64,000 bases of DNA, taken from a virus (lineage: Duplodnaviria > Caudoviricetes). The position numbers and the translations under genes were made by a program. Below are positions 9,439-18,719 of the stretch, in pieces; the first letter of the stretch is position 1; every line of letters starts with the position of its first letter. The notes under the pieces were generated by a model. That model ran no database searches and was not told where the DNA came from. It saw only the letters and a program-made list of their open reading frames with translations. The stretch spans positions 1 to 64,000 of the IMG/VR virus record IMGVR_UViG_2836862175_000007; one strand, 5' to 3'.

Positions 9439-9693
9439 GTGGGCCGTACCGTTGAAGACCGAAAATGCGCGCACTGCTCCGGGCCGATCGTGCGCGTTCC
9501 GCGACGCGGGCCGCTTCCGGTCTTCTGCGGGCCTGAGTGCCGATCCAAGGCGGGCCACGTGAAAGAATCGAGCCGGCGGGCGGAACTCCGCATTGGGCTG
9601 ACCTGCAAGGGATGCGGGGCGAAGTTCGACGCGGACCGGTGGCGTCGCAAATGGTGTTCGTCGTCGTGCTGCTGGAAGCACCGAAGGCGTTAA
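9439..9693 (+). CDS. Small zinc-finger protein
   Basis: CAHC...FCGPEC and CKGC...WCSSSC. Confidence 0.6.
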   Translation: MGRTVEDRKCAHCSGPIVRVPRRGPLPVFCGPECRSKAGHVKESSRRAELRIGLTCKGCGAKFDADRWRRKWCSSSCCWKHRRR

Positions 9694-9779
9694 CGTGAAC
9701 CCGCGATAGTGCCACGCGGGTCGGGCGGCTGGGGAGTGGTTCCCCGACCTCCCAGCCTTTTGATGCACGAGCTGATCGT

Positions 9780-10172
9780 TTACGAAGCGGTTGGGGGACT
9801 CGCCGCATTGACCGCACAACCGCCGAGAGGTTGAACGTTATGTTCCGGGGCGATTTTGCGAGAATCCCAGAGCAGCCCCAAAAGGCAGCGGTGAATTGAT
9901 TCAACGACCACGTCTTCCTCACCGCAGGTATCGACCGGCAGCGCGCGAATGAAGTTCCGGATATCGCCCATCACCGCGCCCGGCGCGTATCGCGCAACGT
10001 CTCCAGGCTCTTGCACCTCAATCAGTTGCGTAAATCGCTTAGTGGCTGGGTCGCATCGACGCATCGCGACAGTGAGCTTGGCGCCGCACTTCTCACGATG
10101 AGCAAGAAACATCTCCGCAAGTTCCGTTGCCGTCACTTCTGTGGTGGTCGTGTCCGTGACATCTTCGTTCAT
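9780..10172 (-). CDS. Hypothetical protein
   Basis: ORF from MNEDVTD with AAAGGA upstream. Confidence 0.45.
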   Translation of the reverse strand: MNEDVTDTTTTEVTATELAEMFLAHREKCGAKLTVAMRRCDPATKRFTQLIEVQEPGDVARYAPGAVMGDIRNFIRALPVDTCGEEDVVVESIHRCLLGLLWDSRKIAPEHNVQPLGGCAVNAASPPTAS

Positions 10173-10465
10173 GCAATGTCCTTTTGTAATGCGGATTTTG
10201 ATTAAACATCCGCTTGATATCATCACTCCACACGGCGCGCCAAGTTGGGATTGATGTCTAGAAGTGAACACCACAGGAATCGGCCCATCAAACGCGCAAA
10301 ATCCCTCACGATCCCGATGCGTGTTATTTCGCACAGATTCGCGTATACGGGCCGATCGGGACCGCAGCGCCCGAATCCCTGTATGGAGGCCTGCTCACTT
10401 CTCCTGCGCAACGGGCGGGCCGCTCAGGTGGTCCTTTGTGACCACCTCGCGAAGCCTTCAATCAG

Positions 10466-10795
10466 GTGTCGGATATCCGCCACCTCACGAAAGAGGGGCG
10501 CGCAGAGTGGGTGGCGAAGCTCCGGGCAAAGGGTATGAGCACCAGGGCGATTGCGGATGCGGTGGGAGTGAGTCAGAGCTGCGTCATCAAGGACATGAAG
10601 GCAGGTGAACACTTGTTTTCACCTGCCCCTGAACCGGAACCCGACCCAGAACCCGAATCGCCCGATCCGACTCCCTCGCCACTTGCTGCGCCGGCCCTGC
10701 GAGGCGGTGAGGTGCGTCATGTGACGCACCTCCACCTGCTCTGGCGCATGCGACCATCCCCTTTTCAGGCGAGCTGCATGTCATGGATGCGGTAG
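10466..10795 (+). CDS. HTH protein, possibly a fragment
   Basis: RHLTKEGR...LRAKGMSTRAIADAVGVSQSCV. Confidence 0.5.
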   Translation: MSDIRHLTKEGRAEWVAKLRAKGMSTRAIADAVGVSQSCVIKDMKAGEHLFSPAPEPEPDPEPESPDPTPSPLAAPALRGGEVRHVTHLHLLWRMRPSPFQASCMSWMR

Positions 10796-11541
10796 CCTCC
10801 CTTACAAGACGGATCGCTTACGAATGACAATTTGTAATTCTGTGGCGTCCCCTGTTCACCTGTTAACGTTTCGGCGGTAACAATCAGGTAAATGGCATAC
10901 ATTGTTCCGGCGGTAAGTGGCGGGCCGGTGTGAAGCGGAATATCGCCCCCCTCAAGCGGGGTCAGATACAGCCCCGTCGGCCGTTCTTGACCAGCTCCAA
11001 CGACCCAAACCAAACTCGTATCAGCAGGCGCCCCGCCCGGCAGCACAATGTCTTGCCCAAGTGGCTTGGTGCGCCAATGTGGATCAACTCGCGACGCAAA
11101 TATTGTCCCTCCGTTGTCGCAAGTGATTTCGCGAATAATCACCTTTGGCTTAACCGGAATCTTGCAGCAGTTCGTTACCCGCAAAGAGAGGGTGCGGTAA
11201 GGCACATCAAAGATAAATGGGCCGACTGAAACGAGCGGGCGAGACATTCGCTCAACGGCGAGGCCGGCAGCAAAGATCCCACCGAAACTTGCGATCACAA
11301 CCACGAGTAAGATTGCCAGGTGCCAAGTAGCGAATGACACTTCACGGCCCCAAAATGACCAAGCCGCGAGCGTGCCAATCCCAACGCATGAGCAGATGGA
11401 ACCTATGAACTTCATGGTCGCGGGGAGTCGCTTGGCCCAAGGCCAAGCTGCCCCGATAGTCTTGATCCACGTCTGAATGAATCGCATTGCTGAATCCAAT
11501 GAGAGTGCGGAGCTTTCAGTTGCCCGCTTGGATGTCGGCAT
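10765..11541 (-). CDS. Membrane protein, lower-GC cargo
   Basis: Two N-terminal hydrophobic helices followed by a beta-rich domain. Confidence 0.55.
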   Translation of the reverse strand: MPTSKRATESSALSLDSAMRFIQTWIKTIGAAWPWAKRLPATMKFIGSICSCVGIGTLAAWSFWGREVSFATWHLAILLVVVIASFGGIFAAGLAVERMSRPLVSVGPFIFDVPYRTLSLRVTNCCKIPVKPKVIIREITCDNGGTIFASRVDPHWRTKPLGQDIVLPGGAPADTSLVWVVGAGQERPTGLYLTPLEGGDIPLHTGPPLTAGTMYAIYLIVTAETLTGEQGTPQNYKLSFVSDPSCKGGYRIHDMQLA

Positions 11542-11577
11542 TCAACCACGAGAACGACACGCAGGCGAGGTCAGTGC

Positions 11578-11787
11578 TCATCCCCCCTTAGCCGAGGGCG
11601 GGTTCTTCATCCTCTCAATGCCGTCTTCAATCGACCACTTCAGGTACGCGCGCAGCCCGACCAACAGCAGGATGCCCGCGAGCAGGGCGCCTGCGAACAC
11701 CGCGCTGAAGGTGTGAAGCCATGACGGTCCGGGGGATGAGCGGCGGTAGCGCGAGGGGCTTTCGTCATCAAAGGCGAAGTCGGACAC
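11578..11787 (-). CDS. Small single-pass membrane protein abutting the IS end
   Basis: AVFAGALLAGILLLVGL segment; probable GTG start at 11787. Confidence 0.45.
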   Translation of the reverse strand: MSDFAFDDESPSRYRRSSPGPSWLHTFSAVFAGALLAGILLLVGLRAYLKWSIEDGIERMKNPPSAKGG

Positions 11788-11854
11788 GATATAGTGGACC
11801 CCGAAAACTGGACCGCCGGTTAAGCTATACCGGAGGCCCAGGAAAGGGGAACCC

Positions 11855-12142
11855 ATGGCGGGCAAGCGGAAGAGTCACTCGGCGGCGTTCAAGGCCCAGG
11901 TCGCGCTGGCGGCCCTCAAGGGCGACAAGACCATCAACGAACTGGCGAGTCAGCACGGCGTCCACCCGACCCTGATTCATGGGTGGAAGAAGCAGTTGCT
12001 CACCGGGGCCGAGGCCGTGTTCGCCTCGGGGGCGAAGGGCACCGGCCCCCCGGAAGACAAGACGACCGAGTTGTACGAGCAGATCGGCCGCCTCAAGGTG
12101 GAACTCGACTGGGTGAAAAAAAAATCGGCCGCCCTCGGCTGA
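11855..12142 (+). CDS. IS3 transposase OrfA
   Basis: RKSHSAAFKAQVAL...LYEQIGRLKVELDWVKKK. Confidence 0.92.
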   Translation: MAGKRKSHSAAFKAQVALAALKGDKTINELASQHGVHPTLIHGWKKQLLTGAEAVFASGAKGTGPPEDKTTELYEQIGRLKVELDWVKKKSAALG

Positions 12143-12983
12143 GGCCAAGCGTGCCCGGATCGAGGCCGAGCACCCGGAGCTGAGCGTCCGGCGCCAGTGC
12201 GAGCTGATCGGATTGAACCGCTCGACGGTGTACTACGAGCCGACCCCGGAGAGCGCGGAGAACCTGACGCTGATGCGGTTGATCGACGAGCAGTACACGA
12301 CGTGCCCGTTCTACGGGAGCCGGCGCCTGGCCGCGTGGCTGGGCACCCAGGGCCACGAGGTGAACCGCAAGCGGGTGCAGCGGCTGTTGCGGATCATGGG
12401 GTTGGAGGCCCTGTACCCCAAGCCCAAGCTGTCGGTCGGGTCCGGGCACAAGGTGTACCCGTACCTGTTGCGGGGCGTGGCCATCGACCGGGTCCATCAG
12501 GTGTGGAGCACGGACATCACGTACATCCCGATGCCCACCGGGTTCATGTACCTGGCCGCAACGATGGACTGGTTCAGCCGGTACGTGGTGGCCTGGCGAC
12601 TGTCCAACACGTTGGACGGGTCATTCTGCCAGGACATGCTGGAGGAGGCCTTGGGCCGGGGCAAGCCGGAGGTGTTCAACACGGACCAGGGAGTCCAGTT
12701 CACGGCCGCCGCGTGGGTCGGGCGATTGGAGCGGGCCGGGGTCGCGGTGAGCATGGACGGGCGGGGCCGGTGCCTGGACAACGTGTTCGTGGAGCGCCTG
12801 TGGCGGAGCGTCAAGTACGAGGACGTGTACCTCAAGGGTTACGAGTCGGTGCCGGCCCTGGAGAGTGGGCTCCGGGCGTACTTCGGGTTCTACAACACCG
12901 AGCGGTTACACCAGTCCCTGGACTACCGCACCCCGGCTCAGGTGTATGGCGTCGGAGCCACGAAGGCCCCGACGAAACAGTAG
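12139..12983 (+). CDS. IS3 transposase OrfB (DDE), reached by -1 frameshift
   Basis: WSTDITY, FNTDQGVQF, DNVFVERLWRSVKYE; start approximate. Confidence 0.9.
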
Positions 12984-13098
12984 CGAAGGATAGCAACTTT
13001 TTGGTCTAGACAATGGGGTCCACTGTACAGCGAACCTCCAGAGGGTGACCGGAGGGTATTCGCGGGTGAGGGCGGGAGTTCGACAAAAACGAGCGGTT

Positions 13099-13332
13099 TT
13101 ACTTCTTCTCTTCGGTGGGCTCGACGTCTGCCAGAAGTTGGTCAACGGTTGCTCCGAGTGCCGCTGCCAGTCTCGGCAACGCATCAATTCGCGGCTCCCG
13201 GGTGCCCGCTTCCCAGTTCTGGTAGCTACGAAACGGCACTTCCGCCACCTCTGCGGTTTGCGCCTGCGTCCAGCCCTTCGCGGCCCGCAACCGTTTCAGA
13301 TTCTCTTTCAGACCCATCGACTGCGGCTCCAT
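13099..13332 (-). CDS. XRE-family (CI-like) repressor
   Basis: LKRLRAAKGWTQAQTAE...YQNWEAGTREP...LAAALG. Confidence 0.9.
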   Translation of the reverse strand: MEPQSMGLKENLKRLRAAKGWTQAQTAEVAEVPFRSYQNWEAGTREPRIDALPRLAAALGATVDQLLADVEPTEEKK

Positions 13333-13348
13333 CGGCTTGCCTCGCTCA

Positions 13349-13462
13349 AGTGTAGTGACTGCGCCGAGTCTACGTCAATCGGGTGTTCGTTGCGATCCCG
13401 GTAAGATTTACACCCAAATGGAGTACACTCACTTGACGTACACCCAAGTGGGTGCCTAGCAT
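13349..13462. promoter_or_regulatory. Divergent sigma70 promoters with operator-like repeats
   Basis: Minus TTGACG(13378)-N18-TACACT; plus TTGACG(13433)-N18-TAGCAT; TACACCCAA(A/G)TGG at 13409 and 13439. Confidence 0.65.
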
Positions 13463-13510
13463 TCCTTCGCTGTCGGATGTGCCGAACGACACGAACGCAA
13501 GGGATGTGAG

Positions 13511-13705
13511 ATGCAAGCCAAGTTCAAGACGCGGGACGGGGTTGAGAAGACGGTGGTTCACGGTGACCCGCTGTTCTGCACGCTGGACAACTGCCGGGTG
13601 CGGTTCGTGCGGATGGTGGATTCCACCAGCGTGGAGGTAATGGACGCGAACACCGGGCGCCTGCTCCCCGACTACCGGCACCCGGTCCAACTGTTCGCCT
13701 ACTGA
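13511..13705 (+). CDS. Small hypothetical protein
   Basis: First ORF after the rightward promoter. Confidence 0.55.
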   Translation: MQAKFKTRDGVEKTVVHGDPLFCTLDNCRVRFVRMVDSTSVEVMDANTGRLLPDYRHPVQLFAY

Positions 13706-13769
13706 CACCAACCGCGGCCGGGGGGACGGTTCCCCGGCCCTCTCCTCACGAACTTCGGAGTGCGCAGAG

Positions 13770-13982
13770 ATGCCCGCGGAACTGGTCGAAGTCCAGGTTT
13801 GGGTTTTGGTGGGCGAGGCCGGAGACTACGAAGTCGCGAAAGCGGCTGACGAGCTTCAGGCGGCAGCGGGCGAGGCGACGCGGTTGGTGAAACTCGTCGT
13901 GAAGGTGCCGAAGCCGAAGGCTGTCGAACTGGTCGCGACGATCGCGGACGAACCGGCCGGCGGCGAACTGAAGGGCGTGTAA
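13770..13982 (+). CDS. Small hypothetical protein
   Basis: GGAG upstream; plausible codon usage. Confidence 0.55.
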   Translation: MPAELVEVQVWVLVGEAGDYEVAKAADELQAAAGEATRLVKLVVKVPKPKAVELVATIADEPAGGELKGV

Positions 13983-14048
13983 CAGGACCTGACGCAGGCC
14001 GTGAGACTCGCCGCGGCCATTCCCCTGAACACAACTCAGAGATTCCAC

Positions 14049-14207
14049 ATGGCTACCAAACGGAAGCCCGTGCCGAAGGTGCGCGCCGCCCGCAGCGTCG
14101 CGCTAACGAACGTCGTGTGTCCGAAGTGCAACGGGCCGATCTGCTACCACCCGAAACGCTGGCTGTTCTGCCCGCGGTGCCACGCAACGAAGCTCGGAAC
14201 GAAGTAA
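14049..14207 (+). CDS. Small zinc-ribbon protein
   Basis: CPKC...FCPRC. Confidence 0.5.
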   Translation: MATKRKPVPKVRAARSVALTNVVCPKCNGPICYHPKRWLFCPRCHATKLGTK

Positions 14208-14235
14208 CCCCAATCACACCACTGAGGGCACAACG

Positions 14236-14523
14236 ATGAAGGGTAAGAGCGGGAAGGCGAAGAAGGCGGGCGACCTCACGACGGGATGGGCGAAGCTCGC
14301 GCCCGTGCTGGGGGAGATCGAAGCCGTGTTGCGCAGGATCGAGGCGTTCAACGACGACCCGGACACGCAGGCGCTACGCGAGGCCGCGCCGGCTGCTTTT
14401 CACGAGTTGGACATTATTGAGGAGGTGTTGACCGAATCAGCGGGCATCCTGGCGCGTCGGGCGGCCCTGTCGGCTTCGCAGGGTCCGTGCTTACCTTCCG
14501 CAATCGGTCTTGTGCGGTTATGA
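14236..14523 (+). CDS. Hypothetical protein
   Basis: GAGGG upstream; helical. Confidence 0.5.
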   Translation: MKGKSGKAKKAGDLTTGWAKLAPVLGEIEAVLRRIEAFNDDPDTQALREAAPAAFHELDIIEEVLTESAGILARRAALSASQGPCLPSAIGLVRL

Positions 14524-15034
14524 AACGAGCCACTTCAACCGAAGGGGATTCCAGAGGCCAGCGAGCATGATGACGCGAAAGAAGCGAAGTGCCTTTTTTG
14601 CAGCACGCACTGACCCATTCGACGGGTACGAGATTGACACCGGCGTAAGGTGGAAACGCGTCACCCCAGCCTATGTTTACCCAACGCGTTGCCACGAGCG
14701 AGCCTTTTATTTTGTGCTCGATAACGCTCCCGCACCCTCACCGTTTTCTGCGGAACGCATTCGCTTCGCGCAGGGATTCTACTGGCCGCCGGATTGGCCG
14801 CTTGTTCCTATCCCGCATTCTTGGGTCGAAGTCACAGATGACATAATATTCGATGGAGTTTTACAGAGGTTCTACCCTCGTGATGTGTACCTGCAAACGT
14901 ATCGTGCGGAAGCCGTACTAATTCTGACTCGGGAGCAGATGGTGAAGAAAATGCTTGAGTGTGTCGGAGAGTGGAATTGGATGCCCCCAGACGCCAAAGG
15001 GACTTTCGACAGACTCTTAGAACGGTATTCCTGA
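14510..15034 (+). CDS. Hypothetical protein, lower GC
   Basis: CHERA...HSWVEV...IFDG motif; followed by a hairpin. Confidence 0.5.
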   Translation: MCGYETSHFNRRGFQRPASMMTRKKRSAFFAARTDPFDGYEIDTGVRWKRVTPAYVYPTRCHERAFYFVLDNAPAPSPFSAERIRFAQGFYWPPDWPLVPIPHSWVEVTDDIIFDGVLQRFYPRDVYLQTYRAEAVLILTREQMVKKMLECVGEWNWMPPDAKGTFDRLLERYS

Positions 15035-15054
15035 CCCACTCTTTCCGCACCATT

Positions 15055-15078
15055 CGCCCGGCCCATGCCGGGTGTTTT
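15055..15078 (+). terminator. Intrinsic terminator
   Basis: CGCCCGGC-CCAT-GCCGGGTG-TTTT. Confidence 0.5.
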
Positions 15079-15324
15079 CGTTTCGCGCACCGAGTTGGAA
15101 CAAGGTAATAAGTGTACATGTGGCAGGTATGGCAGTTGCCACACCTTTCGACGCACAACCGCCATTTTCTCCGGTATTTTTCATGATGAACGGCAATACA
15201 GTACCGCTTTGGCGTTGTGCCGTAAGTGATTCAGTGTAAGATGTTAGGGCGATCCGTCCGCTTGGTGCCGTCTCAGAACCAGCACCGGAAGTGAATCATG
15301 CGGGCATTCTACCGCCCGCCGGCG

Positions 15325-15885
15325 TCAGCAGGTGGCGAGCGCCCGCACCTGGGCCACGAAGGCGTCCAGGCTCGGGAACGGCTTGCGGATGACCGCCGAC
15401 GCGCCGAGCGCACGCACCGCGGAGGGCTCGAGCGCGTCCGGCGAAGCGGACACGAACGCCGCCCGCAGGTGCGGGCAGAGCCGCCGGAGCGCGGCCAGCG
15501 TCTGGGGGCCGTCCTGGACGGGCATCCGGATGTCGATCAGCGCGAAGTCGATCCCGGCCCGGTACGCCGCGACCGCCTGGGCCCCCGACGGGGCCGTCAC
15601 CACTTCGAGCCCGGCCCGGCGGAGCACGATAGCGATCAGGTTCAGCACGTCCGGGTCGTCGTCCACGACCAGCACCGTCAGGCCCCCCGCGCCCGGTACG
15701 GGCGGCGCGGGGCTGCGGGCGTCGAGTTCCTGCTGGGGCCATTCGCCCTCACCCGGGATCGGACGCACCGGCCCCTCGGCTCGGCCGGACGACGCGCCCG
15801 CATCGGCCCAGGCGGGTGTGCCGTGAAACCGCACCGCGGACGAAAGCGACCCGCCGACCTCGTGCGCAACTCCCCGGTAACTCAT
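15325..15885 (-). CDS. Response regulator receiver protein
   Basis: VLVVDDDPD, LIDIRMPVQDG, IRKPF. Confidence 0.88.
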   Translation of the reverse strand: MSYRGVAHEVGGSLSSAVRFHGTPAWADAGASSGRAEGPVRPIPGEGEWPQQELDARSPAPPVPGAGGLTVLVVDDDPDVLNLIAIVLRRAGLEVVTAPSGAQAVAAYRAGIDFALIDIRMPVQDGPQTLAALRRLCPHLRAAFVSASPDALEPSAVRALGASAVIRKPFPSLDAFVAQVRALATC

Positions 15886-16041
15886 CGCGACCTTAATGAA
15901 TTGTGGGTAAGGAACTGAGTACACCGGGGCGAGCGGCATGAGTACACGAACACGCGGGTGTGAATGATCGCATTTTCCGAGCTTCCGGCTACCCGGGCTT
16001 TCCCCAGGTCGAACCGGGAAAACCCGCACCCATAACACGGG

Positions 16042-16809
16042 TCAGCGGGGCAGCGGGCAGCGCCCGTTCGGGCAGCTCGGTGCGAGCGGGTGACCGGAAA
16101 TCGGCGGCGGGTCCGGCGCCGCGACCGCCGCCGCCCCCGGAACTCGCTCGTAGGTGCCCCGCGCGGTGCGCCGCAGGGGGAAGCCGTCGCGGTCCCAGCA
16201 TTCGGCATCCACGGCCTTCGCAGGCGTGTCCTTCAGGTTCTTCCCGCAGTGGGGGCAGGTCTCGCAATCCGGGCACGTCGGCGGGGCGGCCGCGCGGATC
16301 TCCCAGCTCAGCGGTTTCGGCGCGGGCTTGTCGCCGGCGGGCTTCGGCGCCGGGCGGTCGATCTTCTTCGCCGCCCCGTCGATCGCGGTCTTGAGCGCAC
16401 CGTCTTCGACCGGGCACGCCATGACCGTGTGGACGAACAGCGTGCCGCCCACCGGGTAGCCGACCACCGCCGCGGGGCCGGTCACGTCGCCCAGCGCGTC
16501 GGTCCGCGCGACCACCGCCCCCGGGGCCGGGTGCGGCTCCTTGCACCCCACGAACACCACCAGCGGCCGGGACGACTCGGCCGCCGCCTTGTAGCCCGCG
16601 GCGTAGTCCTTCACGACCGCCCGCGGGGCCGGGGCCGGGGCGCCCGCGGGCGTGCCGGTCAGCGCCAGCGCGACCCGCGCGCGGCGGTCCCGCGCGGCGT
16701 CGGGGTCGGCCGCACGCGCCGGGGCGGCCAGGGCGATCAGGAGCGCGGCGCCCAGCGCCGAGCGGTACACGGTTCGCATGATCTCAACCTCCCAAGGAAT
16801 TTCAGACAC
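16042..16809 (-). CDS. Secreted hypothetical protein with Cys motifs
   Basis: Signal peptide ALLIALAAPARA; CPDCETCPHC; ends CPNGRCP. Confidence 0.65.
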   Translation of the reverse strand: MSEIPWEVEIMRTVYRSALGAALLIALAAPARAADPDAARDRRARVALALTGTPAGAPAPAPRAVVKDYAAGYKAAAESSRPLVVFVGCKEPHPAPGAVVARTDALGDVTGPAAVVGYPVGGTLFVHTVMACPVEDGALKTAIDGAAKKIDRPAPKPAGDKPAPKPLSWEIRAAAPPTCPDCETCPHCGKNLKDTPAKAVDAECWDRDGFPLRRTARGTYERVPGAAAVAAPDPPPISGHPLAPSCPNGRCPLPR

Positions 16810-16855
16810 CAGAAGGGGCGCGGGGCGGACCCGCGCCGGCCCGAGGTTACGCGGC

Positions 16856-18013
16856 TCACCACGCCAGCGCGCCGAGTGCCGGCCGCCCGGCCCCGTCGCG
16901 GCCCCCGGGCGCGCGGCTCACGAACCAGTCGATCGGCACCCGCCGCGCGGGGAACCCCTGCACGTCGGAGAGGGCGAAGCTGTCCCCCTGGCGGGCCATC
17001 CGATCGACCACGGCGGCATCGACCCAGAACCCGGCGGCCGGGGCGTCCGGCGGCCACACGGGGCCGGTGTGCGCGGCGTCGCCCCACGAGTTCAGGCAGA
17101 ACGCCCCGGGCCGGGTCCCGCCGCGCCACGCAATAAAACTCATGCAGTGCGCCCAGTTGCCCTGGGGCCGGGCGAAGCCCTGCTCGTCGCGGCTCATCGT
17201 GAAGCCCTGGTCGCTGCACACCGCCACCGGGTACCCCTGGGCCAGCGCCCGCTTCACGTCGGCCGCGGACCGCACCAGCGCCGTCTGCTTCACCGGGTGC
17301 GCCTTCGCCAGCGCCTCCAACTGGTCGGGCACCCCCACCCCGCGCTGCCCCCACTGGCGGGCGCGCGCCGGGCTGAAGGCGGTGAGGTCGGCGGGCGCGT
17401 GCCGCTCCATCGGCACCACCCCGAAGTCCCGGCACCACTGCGCCGCCCACGCCCCGACCGAGCCGTCCCCGCTGATCTGCCCCTTCCCCACCCGCACCCG
17501 CGAGCCGGCGTAGATCACCTCCGCGCTGACCGGCTTCCACTCGAACGCGGCCCCCTGGGCGATGGCGGTGGCCTGCACCACGTCGCACGCGTGCTTCCAC
17601 CCGCACCCCACGCAGCACCCGACGCTCTGCTGGTTCACGTTCGGGTACGCCGACTCGGGCAGCCGCGCGGCCCGGCGCACCGCGCGCCACAGGTACACGT
17701 CGTCGTCGCCCAGCGCGGCCCGGCCCGCCGGGGTCGCGTCGAAGTGCAGGGTCCGCGCCGGATCGAGGTTGGCGCGGATCGCGTCGTCGTCGCGCACCCA
17801 CCCCTGCGTGGGCACGTACTCGAACTCCTCTGCCCGCGGGCTCACCGGGGCCGGGGCCGGCACCTCGACCTCGCGCACCCGCTCGGGCGCGACCTGCACC
17901 CCGACGCCGGTGCCGAGCACCAGCGGCAGAATGATTTTCAGGGCCAGGATTGCCAGCCGGCGGAGCCGCTCCCGGCGCTCCGGGTCCGGTTGCCGCATGA
18001 TGTCGGTGCTCAT
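16856..18013 (-). CDS. Membrane-anchored papain-like (C1) cysteine peptidase
   Basis: QQSVGCCVG (Gln, Cys), AHCMSF (His), LNSWG (Asn); N-terminal TM helix. Confidence 0.82.
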   Translation of the reverse strand: MSTDIMRQPDPERRERLRRLAILALKIILPLVLGTGVGVQVAPERVREVEVPAPAPVSPRAEEFEYVPTQGWVRDDDAIRANLDPARTLHFDATPAGRAALGDDDVYLWRAVRRAARLPESAYPNVNQQSVGCCVGCGWKHACDVVQATAIAQGAAFEWKPVSAEVIYAGSRVRVGKGQISGDGSVGAWAAQWCRDFGVVPMERHAPADLTAFSPARARQWGQRGVGVPDQLEALAKAHPVKQTALVRSAADVKRALAQGYPVAVCSDQGFTMSRDEQGFARPQGNWAHCMSFIAWRGGTRPGAFCLNSWGDAAHTGPVWPPDAPAAGFWVDAAVVDRMARQGDSFALSDVQGFPARRVPIDWFVSRAPGGRDGAGRPALGALAW

Positions 18014-18078
18014 TCGGGGTTCCGTGTTGGGGGTTAAGAAAGTGGGGCGGACGGGTTCGTTTCGGGAACCGCGGCGGC

Positions 18079-18684
18079 TCACTTCGCCAGTTCGTCCAGG
18101 TGCGCGGCCAGCTTCCGGAACAGCTCCCCGGCCGCGGCCCGCTGCTCGGCGGTGAGGTCCGCGTCGGTGGTGGGGAGCACGGCGGCCAGTTCCGCCGCGA
18201 CCGCCTGCCGCACCTCGCGCAGCGCGGCCTCGCCGATCAGCGCGGCGGCGGCCTCCTTGAGCTTCTGCCGCAGCGTGCCGGCGGTGGTCAGCCCGGGCTC
18301 GGCGGTGAGCTTGGCGGCGGCCCGGTACAGCGCGGCCAGGTCCCGCGCCCACTCGGCCTTCTCGGCGGCGGTGCCGGCGCCGGCGTCGAGCGCCACCTTG
18401 AGCCGCGCCCGCAGCGGGTCCGCGGGGGCGGGCGGCGCCGGGGGCGCGGGCGGCTTCGGCGCGGGGCCGTCGATGCCGAGCTTCTCCAGCAGCTCGCGCT
18501 GGCGCTTCAGCTCGGCGGCGATCCCGGCCAGCGCCGCGCCCTCGGCCTTGTCGAGTTCGGCGCGCTGCCGCCGGATGCCCGCGATCTGGTCGGCGAGCTG
18601 GTCGATGGTCTGGGGCGCGGGCGGCTGGGCAACCGCCCAGGCGGGCGCGAGCAGTCCGAGGACGGGCACAAGAAGGTGGCGCAT
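18079..18684 (-). CDS. Secreted coiled-coil, Pro-rich protein
   Basis: Signal peptide MRHLLVPVLGLLAPAWAVA. Confidence 0.65.
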   Translation of the reverse strand: MRHLLVPVLGLLAPAWAVAQPPAPQTIDQLADQIAGIRRQRAELDKAEGAALAGIAAELKRQRELLEKLGIDGPAPKPPAPPAPPAPADPLRARLKVALDAGAGTAAEKAEWARDLAALYRAAAKLTAEPGLTTAGTLRQKLKEAAAALIGEAALREVRQAVAAELAAVLPTTDADLTAEQRAAAGELFRKLAAHLDELAK

Positions 18685-18705
18685 GGGTCGGGGCTCCGTG
18701 TTACC

Positions 18706-18719
18706 CCCGGCCGATGGCA
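18706..18719 (-). promoter_or_regulatory. Conserved motif TGCCATCGGCCGGG, copy 1
   Basis: 21 nt upstream of ATG at 18684. Confidence 0.75.

Larger units (their letters stand above)
11790..13027 (+). mobile_element. IS3-family insertion sequence
   Basis: Imperfect terminal IRs TATAGTGGACCCC / GGGGTCCACTGTA; orfA and orfB with an A9 slippery run at 12116-12124; no clear target duplication. Confidence 0.92.
1..15299. mobile_element. Integrated phage-satellite-like or defective prophage element (left end lies outside the window)
   Basis: Integrase, Xis-like HTH, prohead protease, HNH, cos-like site, XRE repressor with divergent small ORFs; composition changes to higher GC after about 15300. Confidence 0.7.

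Noticed and set aside
11780-13035. Target-site duplication of the IS3 element
   Set aside because: Flanks CACGA and CAGCG do not form a convincing direct repeat
15180-15300. tRNA gene or fragment at the element boundary
   Set aside because: No T-loop GTTCGA or CCA-end pattern seen
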